A stretch of DNA of 64,000 bases from Candidatus Dojkabacteria bacterium (GTDB lineage Bacteria > Patescibacteriota > Dojkabacteria > J137): positions 36,007-100,006 of the forward strand of contig AP024679.1 in assembly GCA_025999215.1 (NCBI GenBank), in the 5' to 3' direction. Position numbers and translations under genes: made by a program. Of the stretch, positions 1-9,313 are shown piece after piece. The notes below the pieces were generated by a model that saw only the letters and a list, made by a program, of their open reading frames with translations, was not told the DNA's origin and did not search any database. Numbering within the stretch: position 1 is the first letter of the stretch; every line of letters begins with the position of its first letter.

Positions 1-1
1 A

Positions 2-220
2 TATTTATGCTCTTTTCCAGACACTTACCTTTATCAAGATGTTTACTATGATGTTTTGAATGTTAGCTTCGCTTCATACATGGATAAGGATATAGAGTTT
101 GAGCCAAACGATGATGTAGAAAGTGTAAAATGGTTTAAATATGATGAAATAGATTTTAATCTAGTTGCTTTTGACAGCGTAAAAAAAGCTCTAAAATTTG
201 TTAAACAAAAATTAAAATGA
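2..220 (+). CDS. 3' end of an upstream gene (partial; C-terminal fragment ...NVSFASYMDKDIEFEPNDDVESVKWFKYDEIDFNLVAFDSVKKALKF*); function unknown, possibly NUDIX-like
   Basis: Frame 2 is open from the window edge to a TGA at 218-220 that overlaps the rfbB ATG (ATGA). The C-terminal E..W...E motif is weakly NUDIX-like. Confidence 0.3.
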   Translation, partial: YLCSFPDTYLYQDVYYDVLNVSFASYMDKDIEFEPNDDVESVKWFKYDEIDFNLVAFDSVKKALKFVKQKLK

Positions 221-1245
221 ATATATTAGTAACCGGAGGCGCAGGTTTTATTGGATCAAATTTTGTACATTATTGGATAGAAAAATATCCCAGTGACAAT
301 CTGGTAGTTTTTGATAAATTAACTTATGCTGGAAACTTAGAAAACATTAAGGAAGTTTTGAGAGATTCAAGACCTAATGGTGCTATTTTTGTAAAAGGTG
401 ACATATGTAATAGAGATCTGTTGGAGAAAACATTAAAAGATTTTGAAATTGACTCCATTGTGCACTTTGCAGCAGAAAGTCACGTTGATAGAAGCATAGA
501 AGCTCCGGACGATTTTATACAAACGAACATAATTGGCACTTTTAATATTTTAGAATTACTTAAAAAATATCCTCATATTAGATTACATCATGTTTCAACT
601 GATGAAGTGTATGGAGATTTGCCTCTCGACAAACCAGAAGTTAAATTTACTGAAAACAGTAAATATTCTCCAAGTTCACCCTACTCAGCATCAAAAGCGG
701 CAAGTGATCATTTGGTAAGAGCTTATGTGCGAACTTATGGAATTAAAGCGACAATTTCTAATTGTTCAAACAATTTTGGACCTTTTTGTTTCCCTGAAAA
801 ACTCATACCCTTGGTTATTACCAGAGCGCTTTACAATCAAGAAATTCCTGTTTATGGAACAGGTGAACAAGTGAGAGATTGGATTCATACTAGAGATCAC
901 GTCTACGGTATAGATTTAATTTTACGAAAGGGCAAACTTGGTGAAACATATTTACTTGGAGGTAATGGTGAGAGACAGAATATTTGGGTTGTACGAAAAA
1001 TTTTAGAAATTTTAGGAAAACCAGAAAATTTAATTGTTCATGTTGGAGATCGAAAAGGCCATGACCAAAGGTATGCAATTGACTATTCAAAAGCTAGAAA
1101 AGATTTAGGTTTTGAACCTTTAAAAAATTTTGAAGAAAGATTAAAAGAAACAATTGAATGGTATAAAAATAATGAAGATTGGTGGAAAGAATCTAAAAAG
1201 AAAGCTGATATTATTGCTGAAAAATATTTAGCACAAAGATTATAA
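217..1245 (+). CDS. rfbB: dTDP-glucose 4,6-dehydratase
   Basis: N-terminal Rossmann motif VTGGAGFIGSNF, the YSASKAASDHLVRAY catalytic YxxxK motif, a length of 342 aa, and rfbA immediately downstream. Confidence 0.9.
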   Translation: MNILVTGGAGFIGSNFVHYWIEKYPSDNLVVFDKLTYAGNLENIKEVLRDSRPNGAIFVKGDICNRDLLEKTLKDFEIDSIVHFAAESHVDRSIEAPDDFIQTNIIGTFNILELLKKYPHIRLHHVSTDEVYGDLPLDKPEVKFTENSKYSPSSPYSASKAASDHLVRAYVRTYGIKATISNCSNNFGPFCFPEKLIPLVITRALYNQEIPVYGTGEQVRDWIHTRDHVYGIDLILRKGKLGETYLLGGNGERQNIWVVRKILEILGKPENLIVHVGDRKGHDQRYAIDYSKARKDLGFEPLKNFEERLKETIEWYKNNEDWWKESKKKADIIAEKYLAQRL

Positions 1246-1274
1246 TTTTAATTTTAAAATTTAAATTCTATTTT

Positions 1275-2141
1275 ATGAAAGGAATAATTTTAGCTGGGGG
1301 AAAGGGAACCAGACTTTACCCAATAACACTCGCTATTAGCAAACAACTAATGCCAATTTATGATAAACCAATGATTTATTATCCTCTTTCAACACTAATG
1401 ATGGCAGGAATTAGAAAAATTTTAATCATAACGACTCCACAACATCAAAGTTTATTTAAACAGTTGCTTGGAGATGGAAGTCAATTGGGTTGCGAGTTTC
1501 ACTATGAAATACAGGAAGTTGCAGATGGATTAGCGTCAGCTTTGGTTATAGGTGAAAATTTTATTGACGGAGATAATTCTGCTTTGATACTTGGAGACAA
1601 TATATTTTATGGGGCAGAATTTGATGATAGTTTAGAAGAAAATATGAATCCACAAGGAGCAATTGTTTATGCTTATCAAGTGTCAAACCCTGAACGCTAT
1701 GGGATATTTGAATTTGATAATAACATGAATGTTATCGGAATCGAGGAAAAACCCGCTAAACCAAAATCAAACTATGCGCAAACGGGACTTTATTTTTATG
1801 ATAACCGCGCTGTTGAATTTGCAAAACAATTAAGACCAAGCCAAAGAGGAGAATATGAAATTACTGATCTTCATAAGTTATACATTAATGATGGTTCACT
1901 GCAAGTTAGATTACTTGGTACTGGAAATGCTTGGTTAGATACAGGTACATTTGAGTCAATGAATCAAGCTTCACAATTTGTAGAGGTAATTGAAAAAAGG
2001 CAAGGTGTTAAAATAGGTTGTATCGAGGAGATAGCTTATCGTAAAGGTTACATTGATTCTAATCAGTTAGAAAAACTAGCCCAACCTTTACTCAAAAGTG
2101 GTTATGGTGAGTATTTGCTAAATATTTTGGAAAATAATTAG
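1275..2141 (+). CDS. rfbA: glucose-1-phosphate thymidylyltransferase
   Basis: N-terminal GIILAGGKGTRLYPIT motif, a 288-aa length typical of RmlA, and co-location with rfbB. Confidence 0.9.
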   Translation: MKGIILAGGKGTRLYPITLAISKQLMPIYDKPMIYYPLSTLMMAGIRKILIITTPQHQSLFKQLLGDGSQLGCEFHYEIQEVADGLASALVIGENFIDGDNSALILGDNIFYGAEFDDSLEENMNPQGAIVYAYQVSNPERYGIFEFDNNMNVIGIEEKPAKPKSNYAQTGLYFYDNRAVEFAKQLRPSQRGEYEITDLHKLYINDGSLQVRLLGTGNAWLDTGTFESMNQASQFVEVIEKRQGVKIGCIEEIAYRKGYIDSNQLEKLAQPLLKSGYGEYLLNILENN

Positions 2142-3515
2142 ACTTCGCCAATTCCAACTCCCTGATAATTAAATCCTGCGCTTTTTAGCTCTTTGCGATT
2201 CAAGGCATTTCGAGCATCAATAACTACTCGAGCTTTGGTTTGTTTAGAAAGTTTTTTCCAGTTTATATTTTTAAATTCATTCCATTCAGTTGCAATTACT
2301 ATAATTTCTGCTTGCTCTACTGCTTCTTCAATACTTTTACAAATCTTGATTGATGTATCTAAGTCTCGTCGAGCTTCTTCATTTGCTTGTGGATCAAAAG
2401 CAAAAACATAGAGTTTATGTTTTGCTAGAGTGTTAGCAAGTTTGATCGATTGAGATTTTCTAACATCACTGGTTCCTGGCTTGAATGAAAGCCCTAGTAT
2501 AGCTACTTTACTCTTGTTTATTTTTAATACTTTTTGAGTAACAAACTCCGGCATAAAATCATTAACCTGAACCGCTCCATCTAAGATTGGATTACTAAGA
2601 CCAAAAGCTTTAAAAGTTGACATCAACCCACTTACATCCTTCGGAAAACAACCACCACCCCAACCTAATCCTGCATAAAGGAAAGATCTTGAAATTCTTC
2701 TATCTAAGCCTAACCCATCCATAACTTCATTGATGTTTGCTCCGGTTTCGTCGCATAAAAGTGCAATAGAATTAGCAAATGAAATTTTTAAAGCTAGAAA
2801 AGCATTTGCTGTTACTTTAATCAATTCTGCACTTTCTATACTTGTCAAAACAAGTTTGCTGACAAAGTTACCTTTACCGTTATCGTCAGTGATGTAAGTT
2901 TTAGCGTATTCTTGAAAATTTTGTGTATCAACTGTATTTTTAAACTCATCGACATTTTTAAAAACTTCAATTATCTTAATTTTTGCATTTTCGTCACCAC
3001 CACCAATTACAACTCTATCTGCATGAAGCGTATCATAAATTGCCGAGCCTTCACGCAAAAATTCTGGATTTGAAATATATGAAAATTTTAAATTCGGATT
3101 TATTTTTTTAACTAAATCAATGATTTCTCTCCCTGTCCCTACTGGTACAGTACTTTTTTGAACGAAAATAACTTGGTCTTTCGAATGATTAGCAACAACT
3201 TCCTGCTACTTCAAAAACGTATCTGAGATCAGTGCTTCCATCAGGTAAATCTGGAGTTCCAACACAAGAAAAAACAATTTTGCAATTTTGTAAAGCTTCT
3301 TTATGATTTACTGTAGATATTAAATTTCCTGTTTTGATTCCTGACTCTATAAAACTATCAATTCCTGGTTCGTAAAAATAAGATTTTCCCTTTTTAATTG
3401 TTTGAATTTTACTTTCATCAACATCAACAGCCCAAACTTTATAACCAACATTTGCCAAAATTGCTGCAGTACTAAGTCCAACATACCCTGTTCCTATTAT
3501 TGCTATATTATCCAT
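2138..3515 (-). CDS. ugd: UDP-glucose 6-dehydrogenase, interrupted by one frameshift near 3205-3215
   Basis: The N-terminal piece carries MDNIAIIGTGYVGLSTAAILA. The downstream piece reads ...HSKDQVIFVQKSTVPVGTGREII...GFNYQGVGIG in a frame offset from the first by one base. The offset corresponds to one missing base in GCAGGAAG. Confidence 0.8.
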
Positions 3516-3696
3516 GGGAATTTTAATAAAAATTAATTTAGAAAATTATAGAAAATAAAATACAACAAATCCAAAAATTAATTAAAAAATGTAGGATTAA
3601 GCAATAGTCTTAAAAATTTGAAATATAAAAATGTTTTAGAATTTTTACTAAAAGTTTCAAGAATAGATGGAGACAAAAACCAGACCTATAGCAAAC

Positions 3697-4686
3697 TTAT
3701 TTATAATAACTCAAATACCAATCGATAAAAGCCTTAAGTCCAGCTTCAAGGTCTACTTTTGGATCAAAACCTACTGCATTTTTAATTTTCGAAGTATCTG
3801 CATAGGTTATCTCTACATCGCCCGGTGCTGGTTCGGTCAAAACAAGATTAGCTTTTTTATCAAGATATTTTTCAATCAAATTTACAAAAACTTTAGTACT
3901 ATAGGGTTTGCCATAACCAATGTTATAAACTTCATAATTTGGTAATATCTCAATTTTTGATTATTAAATTTATAGCTTCAACTATATCTGAAATAAAGGT
4001 AAAATCTCTTTTATTATTACCGTAATTAAACAATTTTATTGGTTCATTGTTCAATATAGATTTCGTAAAAATGATGGCAGCCATATCTGGCCTACCCCAA
4101 GGTCCATAAACAGTGAAAAAACGCAGTCCTATAGTTTGGATGTTAAACAAGTGTGAATAAACATGGGCCATAAGTTCATTTGATTTTTTAGTTGCAGCGT
4201 AAAGACTAATTGGCTTGTCCACATTAATTCCTTCATTAAAGGGTACTTTTTCAATGTTACCGTAAACAGAAGATGAACTTGCATAAATAATTTTTTTAAT
4301 TGAAAAGTTTCTTGCAAATTCTAAAATATTAAAAAAAGCTATAATGTTAGAGTCAATGTATTTTTGCGGATTAGTTATTGAATATCTCACACCAGCTTGA
4401 GCTGCAAGATGGATAATAAGATCAAAATTATATTTTTCTAATTTTTGAAAATTGGAATTATTGGATAAATCAAGTTTTAAAAATTTGTAATTACAAATTT
4501 ATTACTCTTGACCAAATTAGATTCGAAATCATCAATTCCCTGTAATTTTAATCTTTCATGCTTTAGTGAAACATCATAATAATCATCTATAGCATCTACC
4601 CCAATCACTTCATGATCTTGATTTAGTAATTGAAGTACTAAATGATGACCTATAAAACCTGCTACACCTGTAACTAAAATTTTCAT
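3697..4686 (-). CDS. NAD-dependent nucleotide-sugar epimerase (UDP-glucuronate/UDP-GlcNAc 4-epimerase-like), split by two frameshifts
   Basis: Three ORF pieces read the N-terminus MKILVTGVAGFIGHHL, the middle IHLAAQAGVRYS...SLYAATKKSNELMAHVYS...GLRFFTVYGPWGRPDMA and the C-terminus EVYNIGYGKP...VGFDPKVDLEAGLKAFIDWY. The frame changes at about 4485 (an A3 versus A4 run) and about 3950 (an A5 versus A4 run). Confidence 0.8.
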
Positions 4687-4782
4687 ATTATACTATTATA
4701 TCATCAAAGTATTAGAAAAAATTGCACAAAAGAAAAAAAAATATTAAAATACGTGGTAATTTGTTAGAAAATGAAAATGAGT

Positions 4783-5518
4783 AATTTACTTTCGATAGTA
4801 GTTCCTGCTTACAATGAGGAAAAAACTTTATCAAAAATAATTGAAAGGGTTGTTAATATTAAACTTCCAAGATGGTTGGTCAAAAGAGATAATTATAGTT
4901 AATGACGGTTCCAAAGATAAGACCTTCGATATAATGAAAGATCTTGCTAAAAAGTTTCCTGAAGTTAAAATTTTTGAAAATGAAAGGAATATGGGTAAAA
5001 CTCAGACTGTTAAGAATGGTCTACTGAAAACCAAAGGTGATGTTGTAGTTATTCAGGATGCAGATTTTGAGTATTATCCAGAAGAAATTCCCACTCTATT
5101 AGAAAAAATGATTAAAGAATCACTAGATGTAGTTTATGGAAATAGGTTTGGCAAAAAAAATAAAGTTATTTACTGGAAAAACTACTATGGTAACAGATTT
5201 TTATCGGCTTTTTCTAATTTATTCACTTATCCAAGAATTAAAACTTGGATTCCAGACATGGAAGTTTGCTACAAAATGGTAAATGGTGATATTTTTAGGG
5301 AACTTGCAAAAACGATTGAATCAAAAAGCACTTTTGGATTAGAGCCAGAAGTTACTGCCAAATTATCTAAATATAAAAAAGATGGCAAGCATTTGAAATT
5401 TGGTATAATCGCAATATCATACAAACCTAGAACAATTGAAGAAGGCAAAAAAATGCACGCTTTTAAAGATGGCTCCAAAGCGCTTTTCGAGATATTGAAA
5501 TTTAATTTATTTAAATAA
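4783..5518 (+). CDS. GT2 glycosyltransferase (polyprenol-phosphate / dolichol-phosphate mannose synthase-like), one frameshift near 4868
   Basis: The N-terminus MSNLLSIVVPAYNEEKTLSKII is in one frame. The remainder, DGWSKEIIIVNDGSKDKT...VVVIQDADFEY (DxD motif), lies in the +1 frame. A single extra A in CCAAGATGG explains the shift. Confidence 0.75.
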
Positions 5519-5521
5519 AAC

Positions 5522-5749
5522 ATGGATTTCAAACTTAATGACAGTATCAAAAATCTTGAAGTAAAAAGAGCTAGAGAGATAATTTATTTTATCACCAAGA
5601 CCAGGACTCAACACATTGGACTTGTGCCAACTTTTGAGCAATTGACTGATCATTACCAACGAACAAATAGAAAAGCTATCAGGCTTTTTTTGAAAATTGA
5701 TAGTAAAATTTTACAAAGAGTTAAGCATTTTGTTAGAAAAATTTTATGA
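5522..5749 (+). CDS. small hypothetical protein (75 aa)
   Basis: Open frame only, packed between two glycosyltransferase genes. No recognisable motif. Confidence 0.25.
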   Translation: MDFKLNDSIKNLEVKRAREIIYFITKTRTQHIGLVPTFEQLTDHYQRTNRKAIRLFLKIDSKILQRVKHFVRKIL

Positions 5750-7764
5750 AATTAAAAGTTCCTAAATCAGAAAAACCTAAAGTTTCAATTGTAATTCCAA
5801 TATACAACCAACTCAAATTAACTCTGGATTGTCTTAATTCCATACAAAATGCAAACGACAGCACCCCAGTTGAAGTTATTTTAATGGATGATAATTCACC
5901 AGACCCTAAAGTTCAATCAACTCTTTCTCAAGTTGAAGGTTTAATTTATGTACGAAATGAACAAAATTTAAGATTTGTGAAAAATGTGAATAAAGGCGCC
6001 AAAATGGCAAAGGGTGAATACGTTTATTTTTTGAATAATGATACCAAAGTTACAGATCATTACCTAGAAACTTGTCTTGAGTTATTTAAAAGATTTGATA
6101 ATGTTTTTAGCGTTGGATCAAAACTTATTTATCCTGATGGAAGACTGCAAGAAGCCGGATCGATACTGCATACTGACGCGACTGGAATTAATTTTGGAGC
6201 TTTTGATGATCCTGATCATTTTGAATACAACTATGTCAGGGAAGTACACTACTGCTCTGCTGCAGCACTGTTAGTTAAAAAAGATTTATTAAAAAAAATT
6301 GGTTGGTTTGATGAGGATTTTTCACCAGGTTATTATGATGATTCTGAGTTACAAATGAGAGCAAAAAAATTGGGCTATTTGACACTTTATCAACCTAAAA
6401 GCGTAGTTATTCATTACGAAGGAATGAGTCATGGAAAAGATAAAGATAAATTTAAAAATAGAATTTCATTCACACAAAAACTTAAAAACAAATTTATTCA
6501 GAAAGATAAACCTGTAGCTAACCTAAAGCCTTACCAACTTGAAAACAGAAAGAAAATACTTAAAAAGCGTAAAGCAGAATTTGAAAAATATTGTTATGAT
6601 GCAAGTGATCCTATTGGAAAAAAAATTTTTTTAAAAACCAAACCGCAGTTATTTTTCTTTGAAGATAATTTGCCCGATTTCGATAAAGCTTCTGGATCTC
6701 TAAGAGCCCTTAATTTACTAAAAATTTTACAAAAAGAATTTTCTGTAACATTGATTACTAGAAACAATAGCCAAAATTTAAAATATTACGATGAAGTAAC
6801 TCAAAGCGGAATTAGAGTCTTGATAGATAAAAACTTAAACATGGCAGATATTTATGATTTTGTAGTTAAAAATATTGAATTTGCAAAAGTTCTTGTTTTT
6901 TCTAGACCAGAAGTTTTCGCTTTCTTTTACGATTTTATTCATAAAACTTTAAAGGATAAAAATTTAGAGATTCCAATTGTATATGATACTGTTGATTTAC
7001 ATTTTTTAAGATTTAACATGCAATTACAGTTCATAGAAAACAGACATGAAAAAGACTACATTCAAAAAATGTTTGAATATCACAAAGCCCTAGAAACTCT
7101 TTTTATTACTGAAAGCAATGAAACATGGGTTGTAACACTTGATGAAAAAGATTTTCTATTAAAAAATAAATTTACAAAAAATGTTAGGGTTTTATCTAAC
7201 ATTATCGATCCCTCTCCTTCGCAAAGTCCTTATGAAAAAAGAAAAGATATGTTGTTTATTGGTAGTTTTGGCCACGAACCTAATGTTGATGCAGTTGAAT
7301 ATTATTATAATGAGATAGTACCTCTTTTGAAAAAAGAAAAGATTAATATAAAACTTCATGTAGTTGGATCTCAAATAGAGAGGTTACCCTCAGATATACA
7401 AAATAACAAATTTATTAAACTTCATGGTTTTGTTGAAAATTTAGATGAAGTATTTGAAAAATTTTTATTTGCTTTTTACCCATTGAGATTTGGTGCTGGA
7501 ATTAAGGGAAAAGTTACACAAGCGATGGCAATGGGACTTCCTATAATTACAACCAACATTGGAGCTCAAGGTTTAGAAAATCCTGACAAATTGATGCTTA
7601 TAGCAAACACAAAGGAAGAAATGATTAAAGCTATAAAAAGATATCTAAAATCAAAAAGTCTTTGGAATAGTAATCGTCAAAACTCAATCAAATACATTGA
7701 AAACAACTTCAGTTTTCAAGCTACCCACCAACAAATTATACAATTCAAAAATGAAATTATCTAA
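5746..7764 (+). CDS. two-domain glycosyltransferase (N-terminal GT2/GT-A fused to a C-terminal GT4-like/GT-B domain)
   Basis: The N-terminus carries VSIVIPIYNQ...LMDDNSPD...FLNNDT (a GT2 signature). The C-terminus carries HVVGSQ...GFVENLDEVFEKFLFAFYPLRFGAGIKGKVTQAMAMGLPIITTNIGAQG, which is a GT4-type C-terminal motif. Confidence 0.7.
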   Translation: MKLKVPKSEKPKVSIVIPIYNQLKLTLDCLNSIQNANDSTPVEVILMDDNSPDPKVQSTLSQVEGLIYVRNEQNLRFVKNVNKGAKMAKGEYVYFLNNDTKVTDHYLETCLELFKRFDNVFSVGSKLIYPDGRLQEAGSILHTDATGINFGAFDDPDHFEYNYVREVHYCSAAALLVKKDLLKKIGWFDEDFSPGYYDDSELQMRAKKLGYLTLYQPKSVVIHYEGMSHGKDKDKFKNRISFTQKLKNKFIQKDKPVANLKPYQLENRKKILKKRKAEFEKYCYDASDPIGKKIFLKTKPQLFFFEDNLPDFDKASGSLRALNLLKILQKEFSVTLITRNNSQNLKYYDEVTQSGIRVLIDKNLNMADIYDFVVKNIEFAKVLVFSRPEVFAFFYDFIHKTLKDKNLEIPIVYDTVDLHFLRFNMQLQFIENRHEKDYIQKMFEYHKALETLFITESNETWVVTLDEKDFLLKNKFTKNVRVLSNIIDPSPSQSPYEKRKDMLFIGSFGHEPNVDAVEYYYNEIVPLLKKEKINIKLHVVGSQIERLPSDIQNNKFIKLHGFVENLDEVFEKFLFAFYPLRFGAGIKGKVTQAMAMGLPIITTNIGAQGLENPDKLMLIANTKEEMIKAIKRYLKSKSLWNSNRQNSIKYIENNFSFQATHQQIIQFKNEII

Positions 7765-9313
7765 ATTCCCTATTCTTAAAAACAACTTTGTTTTAATAGT
7801 ATCATTGTTAGCTTTTTTTGTATTTAGTTTTATAAATTTAAAATATCCTGGTTTACAATATGATGAAGTTTTATTTGTAAATGCCGCAAGAGGAGGAGTA
7901 GGAAATGATAAAAGTTTCATTTATAAAGAATTTTTTGATATACCTGTTTTCTTAATGCAATATATTGGAGCTTTAAAATCTTATATTTATTTTCCTATTT
8001 TTTATATTTTTGGAGTTAATGTTTACACTATTAGAATTCCTACAATAATTATCTCTTTATTTTCTCTTGTAATCATTCATAAAGCAATTAAAAAATTTAC
8101 AGATCAAAAGCTTGCAAATCTTGTGGTGCTTCTTTTAAGCATTAACTCTGTTTTTATTAACTTAACAAGAACTGATGTTGGTCCAAATACGATTGAATTT
8201 TTTCTAAAATCGATAGCAATATTTTTACTTTTGAATTCCAAAGGTTTCAAAAAGTATTTTCTAACATTAATAATATTTTTGCTAGGTATTTTTAACAAGT
8301 TTAATTTTATATGGTTTGTAAATGCTTTTTTGGTAGTAACAATATTCTTAGAAATTATAAATTTTGATTTTAAAAAGCCTAAAATTAAACTGTTGAAAAG
8401 AATTGTTCCATCTACACTAATTTGGTTTGTAAGTGTATTTTTTCTGTTTAGACTTAACTCATTAAATAATAATGAAAGCAGTCTGATTTTTAATTTAAAT
8501 TTAATTCCTAAGTTTTTTAATCATATTATTTCTATTGTTGATCAAACTGCTTTTTATGAATATGCAATTAACAATTCTCAAATGTGGCTTAAAGGCCCTT
8601 ATTTGCTTATTGTATTTATTACAATAAGCTTGTCTATTTTAAAATTGATTAAAAATCGAGATTTACAAGATAACATAGTGAAACTCTATGTTATATCATG
8701 GATTTACTTTATTTTACATTTTGTTCAGATTTTAGTTACTCCCAAAGCTACTGCCCCATGGCACTGGTTCACAATTGAACCTTTTTTTACTTTTATTTTA
8801 AGTATCTCAATTTATATTAATTTTAAAAATAAAAAATTATATTTGCTAAATTTTATATTGTTAGTATTCATTCTTTTTTACTTATTGCTTCAAATTTTTT
8901 ATCATCAAGCGAATTATAAAAATGCTAGAAACCCCATCTGGAGCGAGGAAATTTATAATTTAATGGATTTTGCTAGTAATTCTAATAATAACTTTGTATC
9001 CATTGATTGGGGCTTTCACAATCAATTTTTAATAACAACATCTAACAATTCATCGAAATTTGTTGATTTGAGTTTTATTCTTAATTCGAAAAATGTTGAT
9101 AGTACAACTATCCAAAACTTACTTAAATTAGCAAGTGAAGAAAATAATTATTTTGTATTACACTCTGATAACTCTACAATTTTTAAAAATTCAAGGAATA
9201 ACTTTTTTCAAATTTTCGATAAAAATGGTGTAAAATTAGTCTTAGTAAAAACTTTTTATGATAATGAAAAGCCAATTTATGAAATATACAAAGCATCTGT
9301 TACAAACAATTAA
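7751..9313 (+). CDS. polytopic membrane glycosyltransferase, GT-C fold (PMT/ArnT-like GT39/GT83 type)
   Basis: About 12 predicted hydrophobic helices. There is an N-terminal loop YDEVLFVNAARGG and an overall architecture like dolichyl-phosphate-mannose protein mannosyltransferases. The ORF track start at 7697 overlaps the preceding gene, so an internal ATG at 7751 was chosen. Confidence 0.5.
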   Translation: MKLSKFPILKNNFVLIVSLLAFFVFSFINLKYPGLQYDEVLFVNAARGGVGNDKSFIYKEFFDIPVFLMQYIGALKSYIYFPIFYIFGVNVYTIRIPTIIISLFSLVIIHKAIKKFTDQKLANLVVLLLSINSVFINLTRTDVGPNTIEFFLKSIAIFLLLNSKGFKKYFLTLIIFLLGIFNKFNFIWFVNAFLVVTIFLEIINFDFKKPKIKLLKRIVPSTLIWFVSVFFLFRLNSLNNNESSLIFNLNLIPKFFNHIISIVDQTAFYEYAINNSQMWLKGPYLLIVFITISLSILKLIKNRDLQDNIVKLYVISWIYFILHFVQILVTPKATAPWHWFTIEPFFTFILSISIYINFKNKKLYLLNFILLVFILFYLLLQIFYHQANYKNARNPIWSEEIYNLMDFASNSNNNFVSIDWGFHNQFLITTSNNSSKFVDLSFILNSKNVDSTTIQNLLKLASEENNYFVLHSDNSTIFKNSRNNFFQIFDKNGVKLVLVKTFYDNEKPIYEIYKASVTNN

